Shown here: piece after piece, positions 36,548 through 50,347 of the stretch
Numbering within the stretch: the first letter of the stretch is position 1
Layout of the letters: the number at the start of each line of letters is the position of its first letter
Source: Phoronis australis
Lineage: Eukaryota; Animalia; Phoronida
DNA length: 64,000 nucleotides
NCBI GenBank assembly: GCA_002633005.1
Contig: NMRA01000039.1
Location: 786,335 to 850,334, forward strand
Direction of reading: 5' to 3'
The notes under the pieces: model-generated
Told to the model about the DNA's origin: nothing
What the model saw: only the letters and a program-made list of their open reading frames with translations
Databases searched by the model: none
Position numbers and translations under genes: made by a program

Positions 36548-39500
36548 CTGAAAGAAACAGGATATGACTACTCACGTTTGGATCAAGAAGTGGTGACAGA
36601 GCGACCAACTTCCACAGTGACATCTCGATACTCAAGGTTTGCCCTGTACTCCAACATTTTCACTTATTATTCACAAAACATATTCTTGAACAAAGAAAGC
36701 TAAATTTCATCATCATAACCAGTTCCTTCCCGAAGCTTGACACCTGACATTTCCTTTTAGCCCTTAATTAACTAGCAGCCACGAAACTGGAATGTTTCAC
36801 AAAAGGCAAGACGTGACATGTGACCAGCAAAAACTAAGAAACCGAAGAATCTGCCATTCTCAAACAGCATTTTAAAGGTAAACAGTGGACAAAACAGAGA
36901 AAAAAACAAACTTGCCCATTTACACCACCAACGCTGTTAGAGGTCTAAACCAAATGAGATTAACAAATGGGAGAAGATTTCCCTACTCCGCATAATTGAA
37001 TGAGTGTTAACCTCAACAGACAGCCTTGAGTAGTATGATATCAGCCTACGCTCTCAACAGCAGAGGCAGACGTCAATAAAAGTTAATAACTCTAGCCTGC
37101 AACAGGTGGTGTTGAGATGTTATCAGTCCACTCTCTGTGCCCCCACCCAACACTGAGGCTAGCAAACATCTGACAGTCAACTTTATGAACTCCCCATGTT
37201 TCAATGAGAGGTGCCATTGGCTAGGGCAAAAAAATCAATTTCTCCTTAAAACCATTTTTGGTACATTTTTGTAGCACTTGACATAAAATTTCAAATCAGA
37301 TTGTACAGTCACTTGACTTGCCACTAGCTGGACTTTTTCTAAATCCAAGATGTCTGACGAGACTCGTCTAGAAGGACTCCAAAACTTTTGTTCTTATAGG
37401 ACTCGGATGACTTTTGACCGGCTGTCCCCTGGGGACTACTCTAAAGTTACACTTACCCAAATATAAAATGTCAAAGAATAAATAACAGCTATTAGTAGTT
37501 GAAACAAAGCATATTTAATTTCTCTGGCAGTGAATGAGCGTGCATCGTTCCATCTCAAACAGCCAAGTTTCCAACCACTTATTGGGCACAAAATCCCTTT
37601 CACACTTGAGTTAATACTCTTCATTCTTGCAAGGCTTTGCACTTTCTACAGCTGAGGATTCTGTAGAGTTTGGATAATTGACCTATCGCAAGGTCCGCCC
37701 CTATGCTAAAAGTCACGTGATACCCGACAATCGAACGAGATGTCAGAGGCAAATACACTGTCGCTAAACGACGTTCCTGGTGGAATCGATGAGTGTTTTT
37801 GCACGGTTTAAAAACGCTTCGACAGAGACAAGAGTTGATGCTTTTCAACAGAGAATCGTTCGTTCATGATATGGGAATTTGTAAAGGTGACGATGAAAAA
37901 ATAAGTGCTCGAGGAGCCAGCGAAAATCCGAAGAACCCCTCGGCCTCGGGGCTACCTTCACCTGTTCATGTAAAGCTGGGAATGTAGTACCTTAAAGTCG
38001 AATTATCTGTACGATTCCATAGATTTCATGATCTTTCGAATAAAATCAGTGAAGATTCACCGATATTTTTATTCTGTCGTCTGCTAAATTTCGCCAAATG
38101 AAAAGTAGGTCACAACTAGTGGGACTAAAAAAATAGGAACACGATTCCGCCGCAATCTAGGGTCTGAGCCCCCCCTCTTCCGCTACCGGTCCTAGTTACT
38201 GAACTCAATATTTCCTCACGCTTCACGCTCTTGCTGTTTCATTTTGCTTGCGGCAGCCAAGGGTGGGGGGCACCAAAGACATTTAAATTAGGCCTACCTT
38301 CTTATGAACTTGCCATTTTTTGTAGTTTCATTCCATAAAGGTAGCTTTCATTTAATTTTGAAAGTAGCATGATCACTAAGTCGTGGTATGGTTACAAAAG
38401 ATTACAAGTCTGTTGTGGTAGTTGCAAAAATAGGGTATTTACAAAAATAACTCAAATTCTTTTTTAAAGCTTCATAAATCTAAATATCATGTTTGAACAA
38501 CTTCAAAATGAGCTCTCTCTAAGTCTACAGACATAGTGTATACTAGAGGTACACGTCAAAAAATAATTTAACAGTTTATTTTTTTGTGACAACAGCTCGA
38601 CCAAGGCTTTGAGTTCCCGCAGTAATCCAGTGCCCTGTGCCGATCTTTGAATTTCGACCGGGAGAGAAGTTCAGTTGAACGCCAGCCTACGGTTTATGAA
38701 TAACAAAAATGTACCTCTGATACGAAACAAAATAATGTCCATTAGGTTGAAATAAATAAAAAAAAAATAAAATAAAATAAAAATGTCCTTGAAAACAACA
38801 ATTACTGAGGACTACCGCTAGAGTGCTGAGATCCAGCAGGTGCCGAGACAAAGGCGGCCAGACGTAGGAAACTCGGGAGTTAAAATCTGAGATAGCCCTG
38901 CACCATAGCTACCAAGCTGAAAAGTGCGTATCTTGGAACTAATATATTTGAGTTTATTATAGCCTTCGAGTTATCAAGCAACATCGCTAAGTTCAGCTGG
39001 TCGTGCGGCCGTACAGTTTGATCGATAGTTTACGCTTTTCAATGTCATTTTTTCGGCTTAGGACATGGCAAAAAATGGCGGGATATTATTCTGGAGCAGC
39101 ATAACGGCTGTCGGTGCTACACACGCCATATCAACACCGTTTTCCCCATTCTTAGCGGACAATTTCTTGAGCTATAGACTAAAGTAAGTTTTCCTCGACT
39201 ACGTATGGTTTGTCGGGTAAAATGGCGGCTTGTGCCATCGTTACACATACCGAGCAGACGGATAAAAAATGCCGTACATCGTCAATGTCGTAATATGAGA
39301 TACAGATTTGCAAACATTAACTACGGTTATTGTTGATTTGAAACTTTTCGTCGCTTTATTTATTGACGTCTTGAAGTGACCGGCCTTTGGCAACATGCAA
39401 GCGAATGCTGAATCTAGCTTAGTTACCGTACCACAAAACTGATCTGACATTAGTCCTAGTAAAAGTTGGGGAGCCATTCCCCGGTAAGTCGCAATAAGTC

Positions 39501-40547
39501 ACATGTTCGAAGCCATTTTTGATGCCTTATACATTGCAAAAACGTAACACTAAGTTTTTTGAGCGTGCACAGGAGCGATTTTTGTGGTATGAGAATGAAA
39601 ATGTTAAGTTTTCAACTCGGACAATCACATGGAAATTCCAATTTGTCACCACTTAATTTTTGGTTGTTCCCGACAATCAAAACAACCATAATGGCAGAGC
39701 CTGCGTTAATGCATTTTGGTGTCAACAAATAGGACAAACAACCTACACCTGTGGCTTCCACTGGTCAAGGTAGTCATGGCACAACAGGGAGTGAACTTCC
39801 TACACTTTACCCGGTGTCAACAACACACAACCCCCCACAGAGAGTTCAACATGACAAACCTGCTTTCTCGGACAAACACGTCTGTGATGGCAACATCATG
39901 AGAATTTTGGGAGGTAATTATTGCGGTGCTGACATCCCATTAAGGTCAATTTTACTGCCACCCATTCTTATCTTGCAGAACTTTCTAAAACCAAAGGTTA
40001 ATTTGAAAAGCATGAATGTGCTGCAGCAAATATTTGGAATATGGCCAAAATAAGGGGGAAATGTTTCCCTAATTTTGCTCCAGAAAACTACTCATCATGC
40101 AGATACACTTTGCATAATCATTAATGACCAACTGTAAGCCAGTCCCAGACATGCCAAAATTGTCAATAACTTTACAATTACTGTATTTGCTAATATAAAT
40201 AGGGGCTTGGACATGAGTAGGAAAATAGAAGCTCAAGTCTGCTTAAATAAGTATTACGGTGTCTCCAATTTATACAGGTGATATACTATTTGTTGTAAAG
40301 CATATCAAACCATTTAATCAATCAGTATAGAAATGAGAATAAACTTGTACCAGTACACGAATGAATTTCAGGTATCCAAAGCCAAGTACCCATACAGTTA
40401 AATTCGCTACTATCGAAGCTTCGCTGTTAACTGTGGTTAACCACAAAGTTAGCATGTTTTCACACCAACTTCGGAATTGTAGGTGAGTGAAATTATTACA
40501 AGGTGGCACCAATATGACCTTGGCCTATACAATGAGCTATATATAAT

Positions 40548-42047
40548 AGCGGATTTGCAGCGACGCCATATTGAAATTAGGTTAAAATGGTGCATTGTGG
40601 GTGCTGTGGTCAGGATTCCGAAACTGGCCATAGTATCAAGCATAATACGCGGTATGAGCGCGAAGAAAACTTACGGCGGATACACTTGTTGTGATCCTGG
40701 CTGCTTCAAAAACAACAAGAGATATAAAATCTGAGTTTCTATGTGTTCCCTGCAAACCAAGAACTTCGTGAAAAATGGATAAACAACATCAGAAGAGCTG
40801 GGAGTAAGGGGAGATTTAGCGCATTCAAATTACCAACGCGGAGCCATCTAGTAGGCAACATGTAGCCCCTCGGTTGGCCATATAGGGGCTACAATACTTC
40901 CATTCGCTTTCTGTACTCATTTCGTTACTTCAGCGTATTTTAAACGGGCTGTGACCAGATTCAGATTACCGATTTCGAGTTTTCACCTCGTCAAAAATAC
41001 ATTCTACAGTTAAAACTATCATTTAAAAAAATGCTTACTTTCATCATTGGTCCTTTCTACTTCTATACATATCTTAAGCTTAGTTGTGAGAATTAAGTTG
41101 ACTTTGGCGAAGAATTACAACTTCACTTTTTTGGTTGCCGTTAATTTTATCACCGCGTGCGCGATAACCATAAAGCATGTCAACTGAATCACGTGAGTTA
41201 GGCAAAAGTTAGCGTGAGACTCAGCGAAGCGTGTGACGCTAGCGCGTGACACTTGTAAAATAGCATGAGAAGGTATCGGGTGAAACTTGTAAGATGCGTG
41301 TCCCTTAGACTTTTTATTCGTCAACATGCGTAATTTCACATAACTTCCTCAAAATGGCACCCGGTAACTGAGAGAACTTGACTCGAGCAAACCGCGTCAG
41401 ATTTTCATCGATTTGTTCAAGTTTTGCTGAATAAATTGTATCCAGAGTCGTGGTATGTGTTAATTATAACTCCGTGTTCCTATATGTATGGTTCATTTGA
41501 TTTTATTTGCTGTATTTTGAAATGAGTAACTTTTTGTGAGGATGTACTATCGCCTCTGAATGCCTGCGGCATCCAGTGCGATGTAATTGCCTAGGGGCCA
41601 TCGTGTGTGCAGCGAGCATTTTCCTGGTGGAAAAAAGACGTATGAGAACAACATTCCGACGGAGTTTCCTCTTAAAATTAACGTCTCTAGCATATCCACA
41701 GCGAAAGCTACAAAATTTAAGCAACCCAAGAACTATAAACTTGTCTGAAACCGGAGGAGATTTCGAAATCAACGCCGATAGCCCCAATACTGAACATGAC
41801 GATAGTCGTGCCCTCGGTCACACGGTTACTGATCACAGCTACGCCGTGTTTACAAACGAGAGAGAGGACTTGCTTGGTATTATAAAGCAAAAAATGAAAC
41901 ATGGTTTTTAGTTTGCAAATCACTCCAAATGCACACAGTATCCAGCCTACTCAAGACATGCCTGACCACAAGCTATCCCATGAGCCTTCGCGCAGGAAGT
42001 AACTCGCACATGCGCAATGCGTAGTTCGTTTGCGCTGCAAATCCGCT
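40548..42047 (+). mobile_element. ISL2EU-like (PIF/Harbinger-related) non-autonomous DNA transposon carrying a broken THAP ORF
   Basis: Perfect 15-bp TIRs AGCGGATTTGCAGCG / CGCTGCAAATCCGCT, each flanked by AT. ATG at 40654: MSAKKTYGGYTCCDPGCFKNNKR.(fs)LSFYVFPANQELREKWINNIRR; resumes near 41595 with GHRVCSEHFPGGKKTYENNIPTEFP and later a DHSY motif. Superfamily call is inferred from the AT TSD plus THAP. Confidence 0.75.
40848..41593. mobile_element. ~745-bp insertion splitting the THAP domain (possibly hAT-like)
   Basis: The THAP reading stops after ...FKLPT and resumes at GHRVCSEHF. Near-identical 8-mers GGAGCCAT / GGGGCCAT flank the insert; a short TAGGCAA/TTGCCTA inverted motif lies near the ends. 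Confidence 0.55.
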
Positions 42048-45000
42048 ATTACATGTAATTTAATTTATTGGGCTTGTAAATGTTCGTACACCTTACTCTT
42101 TTTCTCTTTGCCATCAAAAATAGAAAGGACACCCACCTACCCCCTCCCCACACAGACACGAGGATGTCAACTTCAGAAGGCAACCAACTGTTGCCAAGTT
42201 GAGATGAAGAAAATTCACGACATTTAACAAAAAATTGGAATCTTGTGGCTTGCAGCAGATCCGTGAATAGGCGGTGTAACTTTTGGCGGGAACTCCGGGG
42301 CACACAAAACATTCAGTCATTTTTTATCATTTTTTGAATAAAGGATCCAGCAAGCAGGTGGACAAATTGAAACAATGTTTATACGGCTAAAATAACAAAT
42401 ATTGTAACAGACTATTAATAAATATTAACCAGTTACCGCCTGCTGATGGCGAATTAACCCAGTGACACCTGTTGATAACTTTTGATGGCAACAAAGTTAA
42501 GTGTTCTCATTATACCGAAGCATCAAAGCTTTGCTGTTAAATCCACCTCTTAACTTTGGAGTTAACTAGTGCTCTTAACATCAATACATAGCTTCGGTCA
42601 GGGGGAATGGCCTTTAATACTTCACGTAAAGGGAAATCTTGAAATTTATAATTTGATTCATGATTATAAGCATACTAGTCAATAGATAATGTTACTATCC
42701 AGAAATTTAAAAAACAAAAGATAATTGCAAAGCGTTTAGCTTGATTAGCAAATGCTGAATTATACAATTGTTATTATCATTAATCTATGTGCATAGACGA
42801 ACAACAGTTGCCTGGGACTCGGTTGGGAGTTGCTAGGATGTAAAACAATATACAGGGACTTGCTCAAATTTTGTTACAAGGTACATTACTCCATCATTAT
42901 AAGCGAGCTGCAGTCACCAAATGAAATGCAGATGATTGAAAACAATCAACTTGCCAGGCTCAAATTTGTAAGTGCCACTTGAATTCTACTAATGAGACTT
43001 GGGACTTTGGCTAGGTCACAAATGATGATAGTCAAGGCCTGCAGACATATGTTTTAAGTAGTCTAACCGTGCACGTTAGCAAAAGGTCCTGGGTTAGTCC
43101 TGGGGGGGACAGAAATCTTTTCGGACTTATATTCAATACGTCACATGATGTGATTAAAAAGATGGCGTATTGAACGGGATAAACTACTTGCAACATATTC
43201 CATGCCTCACTGCAAAAGATGATAATTACACAGTCATATGTTTGTTTGCGTGTTCATTCATAACGAATATGCCAGAGTGCAACATATGTTTCTCAATGAC
43301 CCCACTTTGATGTGAACAAACCTTTATCGAGGTTAATTTGTTTTTCAGACAGCAAAAATGTGATGATCAATTGTATTCGCTAAGAAGGAGGTCATATCCT
43401 AGAGTGTGAATGTCACTCAGTCAGTTTAACTTCAAAACGGAGTGGTCAGGTTTTCATAAAACTTTTAGGAAAGGTTCCAAATAGGTAAACACCTAAAAGA
43501 TAGCATTCTGAGAAAGAAACCATGCATTTCAGCCAGACAACGGCAGTACAATATCCAAACAAAATCAGTAGACATCAATGTGAACCTGGACAACCCCACT
43601 TATCACTTAAACCACAAAATCAAAGTATACATTAATTAAGCTGCACTTAAAAATTTACCTGTCATAATACCCTATTATCAATATCAACATGCAGTTGAAA
43701 TCAATATACAACCTGCTGAATTAAAGTTATGCAAGACATTATTGCCAAATTCAAACAAATATCTACAAAACTATAAAATTTACGTAACTCAGCACATATT
43801 TTCTGAAAGTACGAAAACTGTAAAATTTGATTTTTGACTCCATACTAATTTTGCAGAGATTGTGTCATGTGACCATGTTTTTAGTGTAATTTAGCAAAAC
43901 AACATCATCAATAACATGACCAAAATTCCTTTTAAAAAATGTTCAAGATGACTTTGTTTTGATTTTACCAGCTGCTCAAGAGAAGGAAAAGCAGTTGAAA
44001 TGCAGATATCAAAACAAATGCCTTGTGTGTCAACATGCTGTATGAACATCAGCTTAAGATTTTTGCAAAATGAAATGTATTAAAAGATACTGAACAGTTT
44101 TTGGATAGCACATATTTTTGTATAATCACATGACTGCCTTTGCCTTCGTGAAAGTTTTTCCGACATGGTGAAGTCGAAGACTGGATAACACACAAAGGTT
44201 ACAGTGTGGCACTTTGAATAAAGTCTATTTTCAGAAATTCTTGCTATGATTTTCTAAGAACTAATATTTGCTTGTTAGTAAAAATGTGATATCAAGCCAT
44301 TTTTGATCGAGCATAAATAATACGCAACATATGCAGTTGTTACGGAGAAAATGGTGATGATGGCCAAACTACTCATTTAGGACAATGTGCATATTCCCCA
44401 GGAGGGAGGGGCGTCTATGATATTTCATTGCTGTTGGGAAATTAGGAGACTCGCCCTCACGATAAAAAATGAACTAATCAAATGCGATTAAAAAGACTCC
44501 ACTTGTAGGGATCATCTTGACAAAATCACCTTTTCCTAGATATAATCCTTTTATAAATATAATCCTTTTATAAGGGTTCTAAATCCTACAACAAGCTTAT
44601 CTATTGAATAAACAAACATTTACACTGCACTCTTGTTATCTAAACAAACCACCCTAACTGAAGTAGGAAATCTATGCAGAGTTCCTGTTGCAAAAATGCA
44701 CCCTTCTGCAGAATTTCTTACCCATGACAAGTACCTTTCAAAGAGAATGAAATATGAAAAGTTCCCCAACCATGTCATACGGAATATGTCCACGAATAGA
44801 CCACATTACGATCACCCATCAGTGGTGAGAATCAGAAATTCTTTTGGAATCAATTAATTGGACATTTGAATTTCAAGGCTCGATTCTTTATCGGTTTTGA
44901 GTGACTTTAGCTGTTGGTTATAGTAGAAAAGCAGACCGAATCAAAACACCGATGTTGTTTCTCTCGTCAACAACAGATGACTCTGCCCTACACCGCTAGA

Positions 45001-47912
45001 TGAAGATTTGCATGTCACCAAGGTGATGTTGCATTGTTTATGACTTTAATTTTCTTAGCGTCGATACAAGACGAACATTTGTGTGTTGCCAGCGAAACTT
45101 CGCCCCATTTATGTGGATTTTTAAAATTTTTAGCACTACTGAAAAATAGATTTTACTGCCTTGGAATCGATTACACTTTGCTGATTTCTTTAGCGACGAT
45201 GTCAGTAACAACTTGTCAAAGCCTCGCAACACTATAATCCACACATATGGGTGGGTCACCTCCCCAATGCACCTCCTGCGCTAACTGACCTATCGCAAGC
45301 TCCGCCCCTTCCGTAATGTCAATAAGTTTTACCCGACGTGTTGTTTGTCGGGTAGAATGGCGGCTTGGAAACGAAGGTGTGTCAATAATGCTGCATTCTA
45401 AATGGTCAGTTAAGCCGTCATTCAAAATTCAGCCCACAGGTCACTTAGTACCCCAGCTCACAGGTTCATTATGCATTAAACTTCCTGACCAACTTGAAAT
45501 CTAATAGACAAGAGCATCTAAACTGGCCTGAAGCATAATTTGACACAACAGTAAATCTGGGCCAATGGCAACTATTTAGTTCCCTCATACTTTTCCTGTT
45601 AAGAAGCTAAATCACTTGCCTGTGAAACCACAAGGTCAATGGACTGGGAAGTGGGAATCTAACCAACAAAACCAATTTTCTGGCCCGCAATAACACTGTT
45701 AACTACCCTAACCTTACCATGATTTCCATAAAATCTGTTTTAAAGATGATTTCTGAAATTGATCTCAAAGAAACTTTATTAAACTTCATAAAAACACCGT
45801 AGTCAAAATATCAACAGCCAATAGTATACCTGAACTTTGTCAAATAACCCAGCACCACTAGTCAACATATAATCAAAACCCAATATATACCTGAACTTTT
45901 GTCAAATAACCCAGATGACGTCAATACTCATCAAACAGGTTCATATGAACTCAAACTTTCAAAAATATTGAAAGTGCAGGAAATGTCATAGAGTAAAAAC
46001 TTAGACTACAATAGGATAAATTTCTCAAATGTATTACTTCATAATTTGGCAGTAAATTCACGGGATGGTTAGATGACTTAAGTTAAGTTGCCTGACACTA
46101 CCTAACATATCATGACCTCTCCAAACTTAAAATGGGTGATTGTTTCCCAAATTCCCTCTAAAACATCAGTACCACTACATAGCTTGCAAAGCTAAATCCA
46201 GGGACCATCCTTGGTTTTTCTGGGAAATGGATTGTTATGGCCACCAGAACATTGGTGTACTTGCAACTAACATTGCACTAAGCGGGTCAAGGTTCATTGA
46301 TTATAAAAAGGCAACAAGAATTTGACACGCATTAATCACAGATTAATGATGGCAATGGAGGATAATCCAGCACGCCCCCTGCGTTACCAGTCAGCTGAGA
46401 AACTGATATCCAGCGTCATTTCAAATCAGCAAGAATTCTGACCTTACACCTTTCACACTGTTTGGACATGGAAAAAATAGTATGAATTTTCAAGTTTTTT
46501 TTAACAAAATGTCAACATATTAAAACGGTTTTCTTCAAATGCGACCTCCTGGCTTTTCACAGCAGAATAGGCTTCACTAAACATGTAGAACATCCATTAT
46601 TTAATTTACCACAAATCTGAGAGGATTACACTACCGTGCAGTCCCAGATATGACTCAACTAAGTTCCCTAAATCTACTGCATGTTTTTCGACTTGTGAAA
46701 ACATAGGTTGCCCTTTCTTGCATTGTTTTACTTTCATTACTAAGCCAACTTTTGACTTTGATGCAAATAGAGAGTGATGTGTACATTGAATTGTCAATAT
46801 CTTCGAAAGTAATTAGGGACCTTTTCATGCCCCCAATTTAAGGATTGAGTCCCTATATATTTTCAATGAACTCTAGGCTCAGTTTTTAGTTATATTATTA
46901 GAAAATGTCATTAATCAAAGAGGAGCTCGTATAGACGATGAAATGATAGAAAAATATTGTATCTGTTAGTCCATGAAGACACAAATACAAAAAGACTTAA
47001 GGACTTTAGTTGAGTCCCTATTTGGGACTGTTTCATGCATCCGGCCACAGGGGTCCACAAATTTTGCCAATATCCCTAAATTTCATGGCAAGAAATATGC
47101 AACACAGAGTCATGGTACAAATTCTTCAAATTAGGACAAAAATAATTACAAAATACTTTTTTTCTGTCTTTCATAAACTTACTATTAAACTTTTGATGGC
47201 AACCATACTGTAATTATTTGATAAGAAATTTCACTTGCCTGCCTCATTGGCTGTACGCATATTTCAAATTACTAAGCATTGACATCCATAACAGAGACCA
47301 ACAATTTACAAAGATTTATTCATGTCTGGTTCCACTGAGTATAAAACACCTTAAATCGGGACTTCTTGTAAAGTGGATGATCGAAATCCTATCAATATAA
47401 GAGTACAGATTAAAGATGCTGTCTCATTAAAACCGTGAATATTTAAATTTGTAGCAAGCGCCACATTGTGACTTCCAGGAGAACTGTGTGTACAAGTACA
47501 AACAGGAAAGAAACAATTTGTGTAACTGATACACTTAAAAACAAATGTGAACACACAGAAAATCCAAGTAATTCCAAATTTTACACAATCATTATTTGAT
47601 AGTGAAACGAACAAATAATAAAAACCCATGCCTTGTTTTATTGGGGTAATGATGACATATTACCATACTCATTTACATAAAAATAGTCTCGCAAAACCAG
47701 ACTTTCCCTAGATTGAAATGGTAACTGGTTCTCAGATGATTTACGGCAGAGTTGTTTGTAAACTAGTACTTAGCTTGCATATTCACAATTTAATCAGACA
47801 TAGCATCTTTAAATTCAAAGGCCTTTTCATACCGACTCAACTCCAGTCTGAGCAGAGCGTCGACGTTAACTGTGAAGTTAACCAAACCATTCATACTGGC
47901 TTCAGTACATAA

Positions 47913-49242
47913 AGGCGAAGGCAACCTTTTTTCATGTCACTTTTAGCAAAAATAAGGTTCGTTGATTATCCCAGAAACATTTTTCACTTAGTTACAGCTT
48001 TTCGTAATTTGATTAATTTCTCGTCCTCTACTCCGGAAGCGACATTTTGGGAGGCAAGAGTTTCGCGCCAATTTCTTTTCATTATAGTCTGACTGTGAGA
48101 GCTGTCGAGTCAGTCATTGTTCTACCTCGGTTGTGATAAGTTTGGTCGTCGTTTGCTTTTGTTTACAAGTCAGTCAACATGCCACGCTGTTGCTGCGTGC
48201 CGGGATGTACTCATTATCGTCTCATACGCGCTTTGGGTACCTTGCGTCGCTTTCCGAAGGATGACACACTTCACCGTACTTGGCTAGCTCGTTCATGTGA
48301 AGAACGCAGCACTACCCGTCCACGCAACGTACAAAGCAGTGGAGGGTTACCGAGTGTGTGGCAAGCATTTTCTGCCGTCAGATTATGACAGAGATATGTA
48401 CGCTGAATTGATGAAGGTCCCTGCGAAACAACGCCTGAAGAAGGGTACCATACCGTCACTGTTGATTCCCGACAGTGCCTTGTCGCAAACCCCGAGAAGT
48501 GCGTTTTTGAAGCGAGAAGCCTCGCGAGCTGTGGTTACTATATACAGTGACTGGAGGCACTTCATCTACTGTCACCCGTACCTCCGAACGTACCCCATTG
48601 CGTGCAATTCCGAGAACTAGCAGTGATTCGCCCTGTGCTATTGTCTCTAGCCCAGAGCCTGTAAGCAGCCCTGCAGCAATGTTGAGTAGTGGGAGTGAAT
48701 ACAGGCCCAATTCGACACAAAGTGAAGAGGACAGTTCATCATCCAATGAACAGATCGGTGAGCCTAAGTTTGATAAGTTTATAGTGGACTTGTATTGGAG
48801 CTATTTGGAAGGTGCCAGATGCGTGGCGAGGGAGTCACAGCAGTTTGGGTGCTCAGATCACCCTCAAGTGGGAGTGTGTCGCAGGACACTCGGGCAAGTG
48901 GGACAGTTCTTCCTCTGTACGTGAGACGATAATGAGTACACCCCAGTACGCAGCAACAGCGTGGCAAGTTGATTGACTCATAGGCAAAAGCAAAAGCAAA
49001 CGACGACCGAACTTATCTCAGCCGAGGTAGAACAATGACTGACTCGACTGCTCTCACACTGAGTCAGACTATATGAAAAGAAATTGTCGCGAAATTCTTG
49101 CCTCCCAAAACGTCACTTCCGGAGTAGACGACGAGTAATTAATTAAATTACGAAAAGCAGTAAATAAGTGAAAAATATGTCTGGGATAATCAACGAATCT
49201 TATTTTTGTTAAACATGACATGAAAAAAGGTTGCTTTCGCCT
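47913..49242 (+). mobile_element. Kolobok-like non-autonomous DNA transposon with ~320-bp inverted arms and a THAP ORF remnant
   Basis: Ends AGGCGAAGGCAACC...GGTTGCTTTCGCCT flanked by ATAA/TTAA. Arms 47913-~48225 and ~48920-49242 are reverse complements. THAP: MPRCCCVPGC...RRFPKD....TW (fs) ...VCGKHF..DYDRD...RLKKGTIPSL. Confidence 0.82.
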
Positions 49243-49299
49243 TTAACGGACATCAAAGTAAATGGTAGGTGACACTGTTGCATAGAAGTAATCTCAAGG

Positions 49300-50347
49300 T
49301 GGCGCTGCACACTAAGGTTTTTTAAATGTGACCATTTGGGAACATTTACAAGTGTTAATTGACATAAAACTTATTTTTAACACCAAAATGTAGAGAACAG
49401 AATGAACTTTATCTACAATTTCACCAAAATTAAAAAATCTCACTCTCTCACGTGATGCAGGTAAGTAACACCTGAAATGCCGGTGTTTGTTTGCCAATTT
49501 GCCAATTCAATGTATCGTTCAAAGAATAAAAATGATTTTTGAGTAACAGTGTCGTCAATATTCTTCAGTAAAATTTCTTAAGATACATTTTCGATCATAT
49601 TTCACATCTTCTTTTTACATTTGAAGTCCATAAAGTGACTTAAATTAGGCGATCGTTAAGTTCAACGATTCAAATTTGTCCACTTCCGGTTGTGACTCGC
49701 ACTTCGTTTGGGCGTTCAAATTAATTACCCTGACCATTTCACCGAATAGTTCATAAATATAGAAATTTCTAAAGTACTCAACTTGCTTATCAGAACCATC
49801 GTACACTCTAGAAGACTCCCCATGTTCAGAAAATTTGCGAAGTTGCGGAGTTCAACGGCGTTTGTTTGACCCAATTGCGAAATTCGCGACCTGTAAAGTT
49901 TTCCTCCGGTTCAAAGCCATGTAATTAAACTTCCTTGTCGTAATAGTCAACAAAATCTGGCCAGATATATAAGAATTCCTTTTTGCGTTATCTTGTATAT
50001 TAATTAAGTAAAAAGTATACAAATTATTGCCAATTTCGTCATTTGAAAAGTCTACGTCTGAATCGCCGTCGGCCGACATTTTGTTTTCGCGAGTCATCAA
50101 TCCAAATTCTTGGAAAACCCCTTCAATAACTCACGTTACCTCTCAGCAACGAATCAGAAAAGCTGTTAGAAATGAAGGTAAGGTTATATTTAAATTTGTG
50201 ACGAACACAAAAGAATTCCCCTAATCAACCAATCAAATATTCTGTTGCTTGGAAGTTCGGCATATCGTGAGACCGATAAAGCGGTCCACGGTGTTGAATG
50301 GAGGTAAGTTTCAGAGACCGCTTAAGCGGTCTGCGGTGTTGAAAGGG
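49300..50347 (-). mobile_element. piggyBac-like element end/fragment (left limit uncertain)
   Basis: Minus strand begins TTAA|CCCTTTCAACACCG; two ~30-bp subterminal direct repeats with internal palindromes (50269-50298, 50314-50343); acidic ORF start MSADGDSDVDFSNDEI inside. The second end was not found. Confidence 0.6.
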
